Position numbers and translations under genes: made by a program. Shown piece by piece: positions 51,862 through 64,000 of a DNA stretch of 64,000 nucleotides. Origin of the DNA: Eledone cirrhosa. Lineage: Eukaryota. The first letter of the stretch is position 1; every line of letters begins with the position of its first letter. The notes under the pieces were generated by a model. It ran no database searches, was not told the DNA's origin, and saw only the letters and a list, made by a program, of their open reading frames with translations. The stretch lies in contig OZ024742.1 in assembly GCA_964016885.1 (NCBI GenBank), positions 92,876,001 through 92,940,000 on the forward strand, written 5' to 3'.

Positions 51862-52280
51862 TAATAATAATGAAATGATTGTGTACAGTGTTCAGGTACA
51901 CTACAACTCATCAAAGGTGCATGTATAGTACATAGAATGATGTACAAATGTCAGTGTACGAGTCATGAAATACATGTGTACATGTGTATGGAGGGGGGAT
52001 ATCAGGTATAGTGTTGGCGAATCTCAGGAAGCATGGAGGTTTTAAAGGATGCAGTATCTCGACAGCTGATGCAGGTAGTTTGTTCCATGCTTCAGCAACT
52101 CTGAGCATGAAAACATGTTTCCAAAAGTCATGGGAACTGTGCTGTTTTCTGACTTTGTTGGCATGCCCACATGTGTTAGACACATGGAAATCAAAAAGGT
52201 TCTCAGGGTTGTTGTTGTTGGTTAATAATTTTGTGGGTGTTTACCAAGTCAGTTTCCAGACGTCGGAGCTTCAATGTATC
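51862..52280 (-). mobile_element. 5'-truncated CR1-type LINE 3' end
   Basis: Matches 59850-60295. Translation HVFMLRVAEAWNKLP. (ATT)n tail. Confidence 0.85.
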
Positions 52281-52423
52281 CATATATATATATATATATT
52301 TTTTTATTATTAAGTATGGTTCGCTGAAGAGGAATGGAAAAATATCAATACTTGATACATTAGTAGAGAGAGTACAAATTTATTTAATATAAAAATGACT
52401 TTTACAGGACTAGAACTAAAAAT

Positions 52424-53345
52424 GATAATAATGAAATTATTGTGTACATTACTCAGGTGCACTACAACTCTTCAAAGTTGCATGTACAGTACATAGAATA
52501 ATTTACAAATGTCAGGAAAGTGAACATTGTATGAGTCATGATATATGTGTATATGTGTATGGAGGGGGATATCGGGTGTAGTGTTTGGCAAATTTCAGGA
52601 AGCATAGAGGTTTTAAATGATGCAGTGTCTCGGCAGCTAATAACTGATGCAGGTAGTTTGTTCCAGGCTTCAGTAACTCTGAGCATGAAAAAATGTTTCC
52701 AAAAGTCAGGGAGCTGTGCTGTTTTCTGACTTTGTAGGCATGTCCATGTGTGTTAGACACATGGAAATCAAAAAGGTGCTCAGGGTTGTTGTTGGCAAGA
52801 TGGTTATAATTTTGTGGGTATTTACCAAGTCAGCTGCCAGACGCTGGAGCTTCAATGTATCCATGCCCAGGGAAGCAAGGCGTTCAGAGTATGGTAGATG
52901 TCTGATGGAGGGAATTCACTTGGTTGCACGTCTCTGAACAATTTCCAGGAGGCCAATGTTCTGAGCAAGATGGGGGTTCCAGACTGGTGATACAAATTCT
53001 AAGTGTGGGCACACCATAGCTATATACAGCTTTAAATAGATAGCTGGAGAGCGGATGACAAAGGTCTTGTTGAGTGATGCAAGAGACCCTCGGCCTTCTC
53101 GACAATTTTAGAGATGTGCTTTGTCCAACGCAAATCGCTGCCGACAATAATGCCCAGGTCACAATCACAAGAAGACTTTTTGATATTAGAGTTGTGGAGG
53201 GATTATGTGGATGCTGGGTTTTTCCTCCCAAAATGAAGGTGGTACAGATGTCGACAGCCAGCTTGAGTTGCCAGTCTGTGACCCATTGCTGTATTGCATC
53301 CAGGACAGATTGTAGGAAAGATCTCTAGTGTTCAGGATCTGTTTC
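52424..53345 (-). mobile_element. 5'-truncated CR1-type LINE
   Basis: Colinear with 59855-60780. Confidence 0.88.
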
Positions 53346-53579
53346 ATTCATTTTAAATAATCAGATTTCTGATGATTTCATACAAAGGAAACAGTTCTAG
53401 TCCTGTATAAGACGTATTGTGAGTATACAGGTGAACCTCCAGAGAACAAGACTCATCACTTAGCCAAAATAAAGGATATATATATACATATATGTAGTCT
53501 GGAATTTGCTCTCGAAACAGCAAGATCTCAGCAGCCATCAAGTTCTGACTCCTTTCTATATATATATATATATATATAA

Positions 53580-53742
53580 ACAAAAAACATGGGCAGAGGT
53601 GGTGAGAGCAGACCTCAGATTGCTGAAGCTCACGGAGGAGATGACAAAGGACCGTGACGAATGGAGAGATGCCGTGTTTAATAAGACCCGTTCCACCCTT
53701 GCAAGCAGGGAAAAGCGGATGTATAATGATGATGATGATGAT
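53580..53742 (+). mobile_element. RTE subfamily A 3' tip
   Basis: KTWAEVVRADLRLLKLTEEMTKDRDEWR...TLASREKR then (GAT)n, matching 520-689. Lies within (TA)n. Confidence 0.88.
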
Positions 53743-53823
53743 ATATATATATGTATATGTATTAAAGTTTAAGCAAAGAATTGCTGCTTTTGCCCTTAAC
53801 GGGATCTTCTGTTATTTTAATAA

Positions 53824-53855
<32 letters not shown>

Positions 53856-53881
53856 GTATATGTATATATATATGTATATAA

Positions 53882-54161
53882 TAATTCAAGGATGATTTGT
53901 TAAGCCTTCATCATGTTTATTGATTGGTGACGCGTGTTTTGGTATTGATCAGCTCAAGGTTCGATCTGGCTCGACTCTGGAATCAAAGGCTCATCGGACC
54001 TCTGCTGTAGTAATGTCATTACAACAGCAGAGGTCCAACGAGCTTTTGATTCCAGAGTTGGGTCAGATCGATACAGATCGAACCTTGAGCTGATCAATAA
54101 TGAAACACATGTCACCAATCAATAAATGTGATGAAGGCATAACAAATCGTCCTTGTATTAT
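53882..54161. repeat. ~280-bp palindrome (1-nt loop at 54016)
   Basis: Arms are complementary outward from GTAATG-T-CATTAC. The right arm has a ~10-bp duplication (CAGATCGATA). Confidence 0.9.
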
Positions 54162-54277
54162 TATATTTACACTCTGTTTAGCTCTACACCTCACTACTGA
54201 CGGGAATCTAAACATCGTGTGCTCAACCGGGTGAACCTACAGTAACTTCACGTTACACTCCCTGGATATATATATAT

Positions 54278-54920
54278 CATCATCGTTTAACGTCCATCTT
54301 CACGCTAACATGGGTTGGATGGTTTTGTCCCACTTGAGGCAAGATTGGCTGGAAGACTGTATCTCACTTGTACAGAACTATTTCTGGCAGGTTTTCTATG
54401 GCTGGATGCCCTTCCTAACACCAACCATATTTACAGTGTGGACTGGGAGCCTTTTTACCGTGTCTCTTACATGACCACTTTACAGTGTGGACTGGATGCT
54501 TTTTGTCATGTCACCTACATGACCACTTTACAGTGGACGGAAGTGGGCGGATGGAGTAGAGGGTGTTGGGTGGGGTGTATATTGGGTTAAGAGGTGCCTA
54601 CTGACTGTAGGTTTAGGTTTGTATGCAAGGGAAGGTGGGTCTACTGTATAACTGCATAGCACCAAAGATCTTGAGCCAGTGACATTGTCTTAGAGAGATG
54701 TAAGTGAGCAAAGTCAGTTTTTATCATCTTGTCCCAAGTTTTTCTTGGTCTATTCACTCTGTAGCTTCCATCAATTTTGATTGCTCTGCACATTTTTATA
54801 CAGCTGTTGTCCTCCGTGTGCATCAGATGTCCATACAAACGCAATCTCACTCTCCTGCACACAACATTTGATACCTCTTATTCTTAGTCTCTCAATTCAT
54901 TTATGCTTTGCCATTCGTGT
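54278..54920 (-). mobile_element. 5'-truncated decayed RTE copy
   Basis: RLRLYGHLMH..SCIKMCRAIKIDGS..RPRKTWD matches the C-terminus of the intact ORF. 3' UTR and tail present. Confidence 0.87.
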
Positions 54921-55594
54921 ACATTACATTCGTGTACATTACGTGTATATATAATCTCACACAACTGTGTGTAAATATATATGAAAGTTAGTGTGTGTGT
55001 GATTGAGTAGAAAGTCCATTGTTGTGTAATTGCACCATAATGAATCTATCTTCTCATACCAGTAGCTTCTTATAAGATATGGCATAAACTAACAGCTGCA
55101 TTCATAAAATACCATTCTCGTTTGCAGCAAAGAAAACCCCTGCAATGTTATCAATCGTGTATTTACACCTTTGGACAGGCTACAGCTGCCCTATCCAGGA
55201 ATTTAATTACAATCCAAGAGAGAGAAGCTTTAGAATATAATAGCTTTAACTTTACATCATTGCTAAATCTATTGTTCTTTTGGTCTATTCCAGTAAAATA
55301 AACTAGCACTGGTTACTTAGAGAAAATGCCCCACCAATGATGAATGGCATGGAATAGTATGCTCAATTCCTGAATTCAGTTAGATAAATATAGTGCTAAG
55401 TTCTGGAACAAATTTTACTTATTGGTTTACTGGTTTACCTAACTCTCTATATTTTGCTTATTTGATAGTCTGCAGGAATTGCAGTGCTTCTTCTAACAGA
55501 ATAGAATTTATTATTATTGAATTTGTTCATAGTATCTGGCTTGTGGATAATAGCATGCAGGCATATGAAATATGTTTACAGGTATATATATATA

Positions 55595-56110
55595 TGGGAG
55601 GGTCATGTTGCCAATAAAAACACATGCACCTGTTGGTTTTCACTTCAATTTATTATACATTTCTGGTTGGCTGGTTGCTTCGATAACCAGATGGTTGTTT
55701 ATATATTGTCAAAGCTCTTTCATCATACATTCTGTGACCTCCTCAGTGACTAGGTTTTTATTTTGTGTCCCACCTTTGTTTTGTCCTACACCATCTTGTT
55801 TTTGTATGTTGTGTGCTTAGTTTGTGCTTGCATTACATACGGGTATGTGTGTGTATCTTTATTTATTTATTCATATCTTTATTTACTTGTCACGAGCTGG
55901 TTGTTTGTTGTATCTGTGTGTGTCTGATTTGTTTTGTTAGTTTGGTTTTTGTGTGTGTCTATGTCTACATTTTGTCTTTAATTACTATTTGTGATGTTGC
56001 TATTCCACTCATGTTTTCTGTTTAATTTTGGTTGGAGTTCATTTATATTTGTCGCCTCTGTGATTTGTCTGAGCATTGCATCTTTTCTGTGTGTGGATAT
56101 AATTTTTATC
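55595..56110 (-). mobile_element. Penelope 3' end/pLTR fragment (second copy of 8310-8840) with hammerhead motif at 55708-55750
   Basis: Reverse complement of 8330-8830. Minus-strand translation DAMLRQITEATNINELQPKLNRKHEW. Motif GTCA-CTGAGGA-GGTCACAGAATGTATGAT-GAAA-GAGC-TT-TGAC. Confidence 0.75.
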
Positions 56111-57051
56111 TCTACGTTTAGTGTCTATTTTTCCATGCTTACATGTGTTAGACGTGTTGTCCATATCGAGACACAAGTCAGGCCAAAATTGGCTATGTTG
56201 TACGTTGCTCCAAATGGACTGTAAATTTGGCATGGGATTTTAAAGCTGGATGCCCTTCCTAACACTAACCGCATTTACAATGTGGAACTGGATGATACCA
56301 TTATGAGGAGGGACAGGCCAGATGGCCACGCTGAACCCATCTCACAGCAGAACCCTAGTTTTGGAGCCCAGTACTGCATTTTTGAAAATAATAAAAAAAT
56401 TGGAGAGATTATGAAACAGGTGTTTAGAGCATAACAAAGTTTCTTACATAAAATTATGATGGAAGGTTTCTAGATAAATATAAACCCCAATCATTTCATT
56501 GGTATATTTCTAATGAAAGACATTGCTGATGATTTTCAAATAGTTTTGTATTTGGGGAAATTTAAAATATGACTTTCATGTTTTCTTGTGGTTGGTGCAA
56601 TAAGATCCAAAAATCGATTAAAGATGTTTATCATTTCTAAAGGAAATTCATATTTCCTGGCCTGTTTACATGCCTACATATTAGATTTGTATATACATTT
56701 ATACATGTTGGTGCAGCTGCAGTTACACGTACTGTATTTATACATATATAACTTTGTCAGCTTCTAGCGTACTTCTTACTATATATGTGTGTATGTGTGC
56801 ATATATACATATATATATATATATATGTGTGGGTGTGTGTATATATATACATATATACATGTATGTGTGTGTGTATGTATATATATATATATGTATATTG
56901 CATATATCTATACGTATATGTATATGTTTCATCAGCATCATTTAATGTCCATTTTTCATGTTAGCATGAGTTAGAGAGCTGTCTCGTTGTTAACTTGGTG
57001 CTTTTTATCATGACACCTACACTTTACAATGGTATATATATATGTATGTAT

Positions 57052-57415
57052 ATGGAGGCACATGGCTTAGTGGTTAGAACATTGGCCTTGCAATCAAAAG
57101 GTTGTGAGTTTAATTCTCAGACCGGGTCATGTGTTGACACTTTATTAAAGTGTCACTTTATAAAGACACTTTATTTCACATTGCTCCAGTTTACTCAGCT
57201 GTAGAAATGAGATCATAGGGACTGGGGTCCATATCATTCCACTGCAAAGTGGTCGTGGAGGTGCCACGGCAAGAAAGCACCCAGCACTCACTGTAAATGA
57301 GGTTGGTGTTAGGAAGGGCATCCAGCTGTAGAAATCAAGCCAGAATCAGTTCCCGTCCCACCCTTGCAAGCAGGGAAAAGTGGACGTAAAATGAAATGAT
57401 GAAATGAAATGATGA
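57052..57415 (+). mobile_element. SINE family 2: tRNA-derived head plus RTE-derived 3' tail
   Basis: A box TGGCTTAGTGG and B-box-like GAGTTTAATTC. The 3' part shares ACTGTAAATG.GGTTGGTGTTAGGAAGGGCATCCAGCTGTAGAAA and CCCACCCTTGCAAGCAGGGAAAAG.GGACGTAAAATG with the RTEs. Confidence 0.85.
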
Positions 57416-58221
57416 TATATGTATATATATATAATAAATGTAATCTGAGTTTTTCAAATATTAATAATAATATTTGATTCGTTTGCAATCATGCAAACAG
57501 CCTCTTTAAGCCATGTCAGTAGAATGACTCTGTCATTCTTGCTCTTATGTTGGCATATAAACAGAATAGCAGAACGGCAGACACTAATATTTCTGGGTGA
57601 TTATGATACTGATGAAGGGTAATCACCCAGAAAAAAAAGTTGTACTGGCTTACAACCTGTCTCATGGTCAGGTTGTTGGTGACTAAACCAGCAATCCCAC
57701 CAAGCTTGCTTGGTAAGGAGGGTGATATTTGGACACCCTGCACAATGAAATACAAGACCTGGCAAAGGGCGGAGGAACTCAACAAAGTCAACAGTCATCC
57801 AAATAGTACTTTTTTTTTTCACCTGAGAGTGAAAGGCCCCTAGTTGTTGTCACAAGACCTTTCTAAGAGAGGGAAACTCTGAAAAAAACCTTGTGGCTTC
57901 GGAAGCATCTGATGATGTTGACCAGTACACCTTTTTGGGTAGTGTTTTCGATACTCAGAGTGGGATTGGTCGAGTGCAAGGCCTTTCCCCACTTAAAAAA
58001 ACCTTCAAAGCACAGGCATTGGTTGTTCAGGATCTGTTACAGGTTTATGTCAATGGCCGTAGCCTAAAAGTGCATCATTTTCTATAATCTGACACGCGAT
58101 TGCTATACTCTTAGCAGAGTTTGCAGCCATCATATATATATATGTATAAGTATATTGTATATGTATAAGTATATTTGTATATAGGTATATGTAAATATAA
58201 ATATATATATGTATAGGTCTT

Positions 58222-58875
58222 TAGTAGGAAGACCTAGGAAGACTTGGGATGAGGTGATAAAAGCTGATCGTGCATAATTGCACCTCTCAAAGATGATAAC
58301 ACAGTGTTGAGATCTCTGCCATTGTGCAGTAATGCAGAAGATCTGCCTTTCCCTGTACACTGGTATGCACCTCCTTTACTTCACATGCCCTAACACCCCA
58401 CCCCTTACTCACATCCCTAGGTCTACCTCCCCAATTTCCATGCACCTCCCCGACTCAAGTCTCCAGTCCACACTGTAAAGAGGTCATATAGGTGTCACGA
58501 CGAAAAACGTCCAGTACACACTGTAAAGAGTTTGTGTAGGTGTCATGTCAAAAAGCACCCAGCCCACACTGTAAAGTGGTCATGTAGGTGTCACAACAAA
58601 AAACACCCAGTACACACTGTAAAGAGGTTGTGTAGGTGTCATGACAAAAAGCACCCAGCCCACACTGTAAAGTGGTCGCGTAGGTGTCACAACAAAAAAC
58701 ACCCAGTACACACTGTAAATGTGGTTGGCATTAGGAAGTGCATCCAGCCATAGAAACCAAACCAATATCAGTTGTGTATGAGCAAAACACGGTCATCTGA
58801 CCTGGCTTGTCTCATGAAAACTCGTCTAACTCATGCTAGCATGGAAAAAATGTACATTAAATAGTGATGATGATG

Positions 58876-58876
<1 letters not shown>
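58222..58876 (+). mobile_element. 5'-truncated RTE with expanded ~50-bp 3' UTR tandem repeats
   Basis: GRPRKTWDEVIK, then about five repeats of CACACTGTAAAG.GGT..TGTAGGTGTCA..ACAAAAA.CACCCAG, then the tail. Confidence 0.82.
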
Positions 58877-58961
<85 letters not shown>

Positions 58962-59017
58962 TGATTATGATGATGATATATGATTTGTATATATCTTTCT
59001 CTTTCTTTCTATATATA

Positions 59018-59594
59018 AGTTAAAATAAAACACAAAAAAAATAACGAAGAATGCAGTACAAAGTGTTAGTATTAGGTTCATGCTTGAGAGGGGAGACGAC
59101 GTTTCGGGCATAAGCCCTTCATCAGGAGGAAAGTGGGAAGGAAAAGAGTTCCGAGGGTGAGAGGGGAAAAAGGCTTGAAGACATTAAACGGGGGGGGGGG
59201 GGGATTAAGGGGAAGGAAAACAAATTAAAAAGAGGGTAGACGGGTGAGGAAATGGGAACGAAAAAAATCAATACAAAATTATCATAAACAAAAGAAAAAA
59301 TAAACAGAAAAATCATAAACAAAAAAACCAGAGACCGAAAGAGAAAAAGTTTTGGGAAAAGTCAAGAGGTTGGTCACAGCGAGTTGAATCGGGGTTGAGC
59401 CAGTGGTAAAATTCCTACGGAAGAAGACTGGTGGAGATGGTAATCCGTGGTAGGTAGTCCAGAGGTGACGTAGATGGCCGTGTAAGCGTGTGGATATCGA
59501 AGTTAAAACAAAACAATAACGAAGAGTGCAGTACAAAGTGTTAGTATTAGGTGCACGCTTGAGAGTGGGGAGTAGGGCACGACGTTTCGGGCAT
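59018..59594 (-). mobile_element. Penelope-like pLTR fragment with ~90-bp terminal direct repeat and hammerhead core
   Basis: 59018-59111 is repeated at 59502-59594. Minus strand 59098-59125 reads CTGATGA-A-GGGC-ttat-GCCC-GAAAC-GTC. Confidence 0.6.
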
Positions 59595-59846
59595 ATATAT
59601 ATATAGTAGGGTGCCCTTTAGCAATAGGTAATTTTCCGAAATTAAAATTCTGCTGTTCCCACCCCTTAATCCTGTTTCAATCAACAAAAACACAGGGTGT
59701 GCAAACTTTCAGCTCAATCGGACAATTGTTAGATGACCCCAAACGCATTGACGTTGGAACATAATATACGCAACGATTAATTCTGTTCAAATGTGGTATA
59801 CTGTTCTCCATCTCGACCATCTTCTTTTTCCTTCTGAGAGAAATTT

Positions 59847-62800
59847 ATAATAATAATAATAATAATGAAATTATTGTGTACAGTTCTCAGGTGCACTACA
59901 ACTCATCAAAGGTGCATGTATAGTACATAGAATAATATACAAATGTCAGGGAAGTGAATAGTGTACGAGTCATGATATACATGTGTGCGTGTGTGTATGG
60001 AGGGGGAATATTAGGTGTAGTGTTGGTGAATTTCAGGAAGCATGGAGGTTTTAAAGGATATAGTGTCCCGACAGCTAATAACTGATGCAGGTAGTTTGTT
60101 CCATGCTTCAGCAAATCTGAGCGTGAAAAAATGTTTTCAAAAGTCATGGGAGCTGTTTTCTGACTTTGTTGGCATGTCCATGTGTGTTAGACACATGGAA
60201 ATCAAAAAGGTGCTCAGGGTTGTTGTTGGCAAGATGGTTATAATTTTGTGGGTATTTACGAAGTCAGTTGCCAGACGCTGGAGCTTCAATGTATCCATGA
60301 CCAGGGAAGGAAGGCGTTCAGAGTATGGTAGATGCCTGATGGAGGGAATTCACTTGGTTGCATGTCTCTGAACAATTTCCAGGAGGTCAATGTTCTGAAG
60401 AACGATAGGGGTTCCAGACTGGTGATGCAAATTCTAAGTATGGCCGCACCATAGCTGTATACAGCTTTAAATAAATAGCTGGAGAGCGGCTGACAAATGT
60501 CTTGCTGAGTGATGCAAAGACACCCTTGGCCTTCTTGACAATTTTAGAGACGTGCTTTGTCCAACGCAAATCGCTGCTGACAGTAATGCCCAGGTCACGT
60601 TCACAAGAAGACTTCTTGATATTAGTGTTGTGGAGGGTGTATGTGGATGCTGGGTTTTACGCCCAAAATGCCTGGTGGTACACTTGTCCACAGCCAGCTT
60701 GAGTTGCGAGTCCGTGATCCATTGTTGCATTGTGTCCAGGTCAGATTGCAAGCAAGATCTATAGTGTTCAGGATCTGTCCTTTTTATCTCAAGGTACACC
60801 AGATGACATCTCATACGGTGACGAATGCTGTCCTAGAACCAGGACTACCTCTCTTTGACTGAGAATGAAGGATTTCAACCAGTTAAAAAGATCATCTTTC
60901 ACACCCACTGCAGATAGTTTTGCCATAAGTCTTTTGTGTGGCACAGAATTGAAAACTTTATCAAAGTCAAGGTAAACAACATCCACCCATGAGCCGCCAT
61001 CAGTGATGTAGGTGATGTCTTCAAGAAACTCGATTTTGATCAACTCGAAGTTGATCTCAGTAGCTGGAGTTAAGGATAAATCCAAATTGCAAGGGCCGTA
61101 TAAGTCTGTGAGAGTTCCAGAAGTTTCAAAGTGTTTTCTGACACAGGATTCCATCAGTTTGGCAATGCAGCTAGTAAGACTGACTGGACGATAGTTCACA
61201 GGTGATGTGCGGTCACCCTTTTTGAATAGCGGAATGACACTGGCAGTTTTCCACTGTTCTGGAGTAGCACCGTTGTTCAGACAGAATTGGAAGAAGCGCG
61301 ATAGCTGGTGCAGAAAGAAGTACCCACCACGTTTGCGAAGCAGGTATGTAACACCATCAAGACCAGGAGAGGCATGGTTGAGTTTATTTTTAAGGTGACA
61401 TCGCAGCATTGCAGGTGTAAATTCCATAGTTGTAATAGAATCCGATGTCAGAAGTGGTGGAGTGGTACACTCTGGTCTTCAATAGTGAAAATGCCTGCAT
61501 AGCATTCAGCAATGAGTTCTGCGCATTCTTTGGGGTCGTCAGTAACCTGGCCTGTGTGGGGATTGCGAAGAGGACCAATTGGAGAGTGAGGCTTCTGCTT
61601 TGAGTGAACATACTTCCAGAACACCTTACTGTCAGGGTGGTTGCTATGCGCTGCTCAAATTGAAGCACTGCCTTTTTTTGTCACTTGCTTGAGATGGTTG
61701 GATGATTTATTTCGCTTTTTCCTATTGATATCTGATTTATGCAGTTTGTAATCACGTTCAGCATTATAACGTTCTTTCCTGGCAAGGCGGACTGCTGCAG
61801 TCTCCCAAGTTGCACTTTTGGGATGTTTTTTCTGATTCCGTGGCACCGATGCTGCACACGCTGTCCATATAGAGTTCAGAATGTTCTGGAGTACAGTGTT
61901 GACATCTCCAGAGTCGTAAAACTCAAGACAGTTTGGACGTTGCAGCTCGGTGCAGTTCCAGTTCGCTTTATTCCAGTCAAAGTGAGCAATTTGGAGATGG
62001 TTGTAGTTTTTGTTACTGCTAATGAGGGACAGATTGGCAATGATTATAGCATGATCAGAGTCACCTAAAGGTTCCTCAGTAGTAACACTAATAACCGTTT
62101 CAGGAGTAGTGGTGAAGAGTAGATCCAAAGTGTTGTCACCTTTTGTCGGGGAGGTGACTACTTGGGACCAGCACTAGCTCAAGGAAATCATTTGAACTTT
62201 GCGGCCAATGAAAGGTTTCCCAGTCAATCTCAGGGTGATTGAAGTCCCCTGCAATAAAAACATAAGTAGCTGTTTTCCTGGCAGCAGCTCTGAGGATATC
62301 TCAAAGTTGTGTGTCCTGATGGTAATTTGGGGGACGGTAAACGACTCCAAGTAGCAGTGATGACAATGTGATATGTATATCGCAGAAAAATACTTCTTGC
62401 TGTGATTAGTTCAAATCAACACAAGGAATTGCTGAAAAATTTGACCGAACGTAGACCATTACACTACCACTACGATGATTTATGCGGTCTTTACGAAACA
62501 AGTTGTAGCTAGTTATGCTGAAAACCCCATCTCAGAGTAAGGAATGTGCCCATGTTTCCGTGACTGTAATGAAGTCAGGGTCGATACTTTTGACGTAGGA
62601 GTCAAAAAGTTGTATCTTATTGCATAGACTACGTGCATTTAAGGATAACAATTTGTACCTTGATTCCAGTCTATGATTATGTGCAGGGGATGGCAGGTTG
62701 TTCTGATTTTGTTTCCCAGAGTTTTTTCAGTTTTTTTATTGCCAGTTGTGGGTACAGTGTTTTCAGACCAGCTGGTATCTCTTTTCCATATTTCACAAGC

Positions 62801-63700
62801 CTTAATAAACTTCCATATTTGCCCATCATCACGTAGGCTGAAGCTTTCATGTTCCGCCGAGCTGCAGTTTAAGGACAATGCAGCACGCAGCTTTGAGCGG
62901 ACATCAGGTGGAAGACCAGGGCGTGTTCAGAAGGCAATCGGACTTTCACACCTAGCTTTTTCAGAGGCCAAAAGATATGAACGTGCCTCAGTTGAGTTCG
63001 AAAAAGACAATCTAATTAGACTGGGTTTCGGACCTGGTCGGCCAAGGCATAGAGCACCCTTCGCAGGAAGCACAGCCCAAGTCTTTGGATGAACAGGCAG
63101 CAAATGTCTGAAGATCAACTATGTCTTCTGGTACACCAATGGCAGTCACTTCGTGGTTTACCGATTCAGTGGCATTCTCAATGCGTCTGGGTTCGGCAAA
63201 AGGTACGCGGAGATTTTTTAACAAGGCACTCCGGTAAGATCCCTCATTGTGAGGTTCTACATAAATGCTTGATTTGATTCCTGCTATATCTTGGCTTAAA
63301 GCAGAAATCATTTGCGTATTACCGCAAACTTCGTATTGACGATCGATTTTTGTTGTTCTTCTTCTTCTTCTTCTTCAGCAGGCATAGTAGGGGAAGACAC
63401 AGTCGTCGGTTGTTGTTGTTGAAAAGTAATGGGGGAGGAAAACATGGGTTGCTGTTGTTGATGAAGTCCTTCAACAGGAGTAGTAGCGGAAGCTATGGTC
63501 GTTGGTTTTTGCTGTTGTTCAGGAACAATGGTAGAGGAAGACACGATCGTGATAATATTATATTTAGTTTGGAAAGACGTGGTCAAACGTCCTTCCTTGT
63601 CGCCATCTTGATTCGCCATATCATTATGTGGACACATCCAGGCAACCCCAGCAAATGTTTTAAAATGTTCTGAATCAAATTTACCAATAGTTAATTTGAA
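59847..63700 (-). mobile_element. Near full-length decayed CR1-type LINE (ORF1 remnant, APE and RT), (ATT)n tail
   Basis: ORF1-like AIGVPED..LGRPGPKPSLIRLSF. APE LNARSLCNK..ITVTETW, GDFNHP, GDSDHAII. RT SPGLDG, WKTASVIPLFKKGDR..NYRPVSLTS, VYLDFDKVF.SVPH, LQSDLD, VRPYLEFASPVWNP. Many frameshifts. Confidence 0.92.
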
Positions 63701-64000
63701 AAATTCCTGAAATAAAATGAAAAACTGAAGAAATATTAGGTTTTCTTAATAAAGCACACACCTTCTATAAGAGAAACGCATTTTTATTTACAACAATAAT
63801 TTCTATAGAATCAAAAACATAATGTGAACACTGAACACTGAATATTGAACATTATTTTTGCATAAGAGAGGATTTAGTGTCAGTTGGGTTTGTTTTACGG
63901 TTTTTGGTAATGATCTGTAAAACAAATTGTTTCTCAGTTTTATTTTTTGTGAGAATGCTATTGTAATCTTGTTTGACACCTCTTTCTGCAGCATCATTCA

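Overview
This is AT-rich, microsatellite-dense animal DNA. The repeat repertoire resembles cephalopod (Octopus-like) genomes, which is an inference. The window is almost entirely transposon- and repeat-derived, and no convincing host gene is visible (one weak minus-strand exon candidate). The dominant structure is a 12.7-kb tandem array of about 24 near-identical ~528-bp units (23329-36069). It is fused directly to the 5' end of an intact RTE-clade LINE (APE endonuclease, RT and an inserted PHD-like zinc finger; ORF 36299-39562), and the whole ~16.6-kb block lies between (TA)n tracts. Other contents are many 5'-truncated RTE copies, two tRNA-like SINE families, a near full-length decayed CR1-type LINE with truncated copies, a decayed Naiad-like Penelope element, Penelope end fragments with minimal hammerhead ribozyme motifs, a non-autonomous Helitron, a piggyBac-type MITE, hAT and mariner fossils, a ~50-bp minisatellite and several long hairpins. 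Most ORFs in the supplied track are artefacts of simple repeats. Boundaries of decayed elements are approximate.
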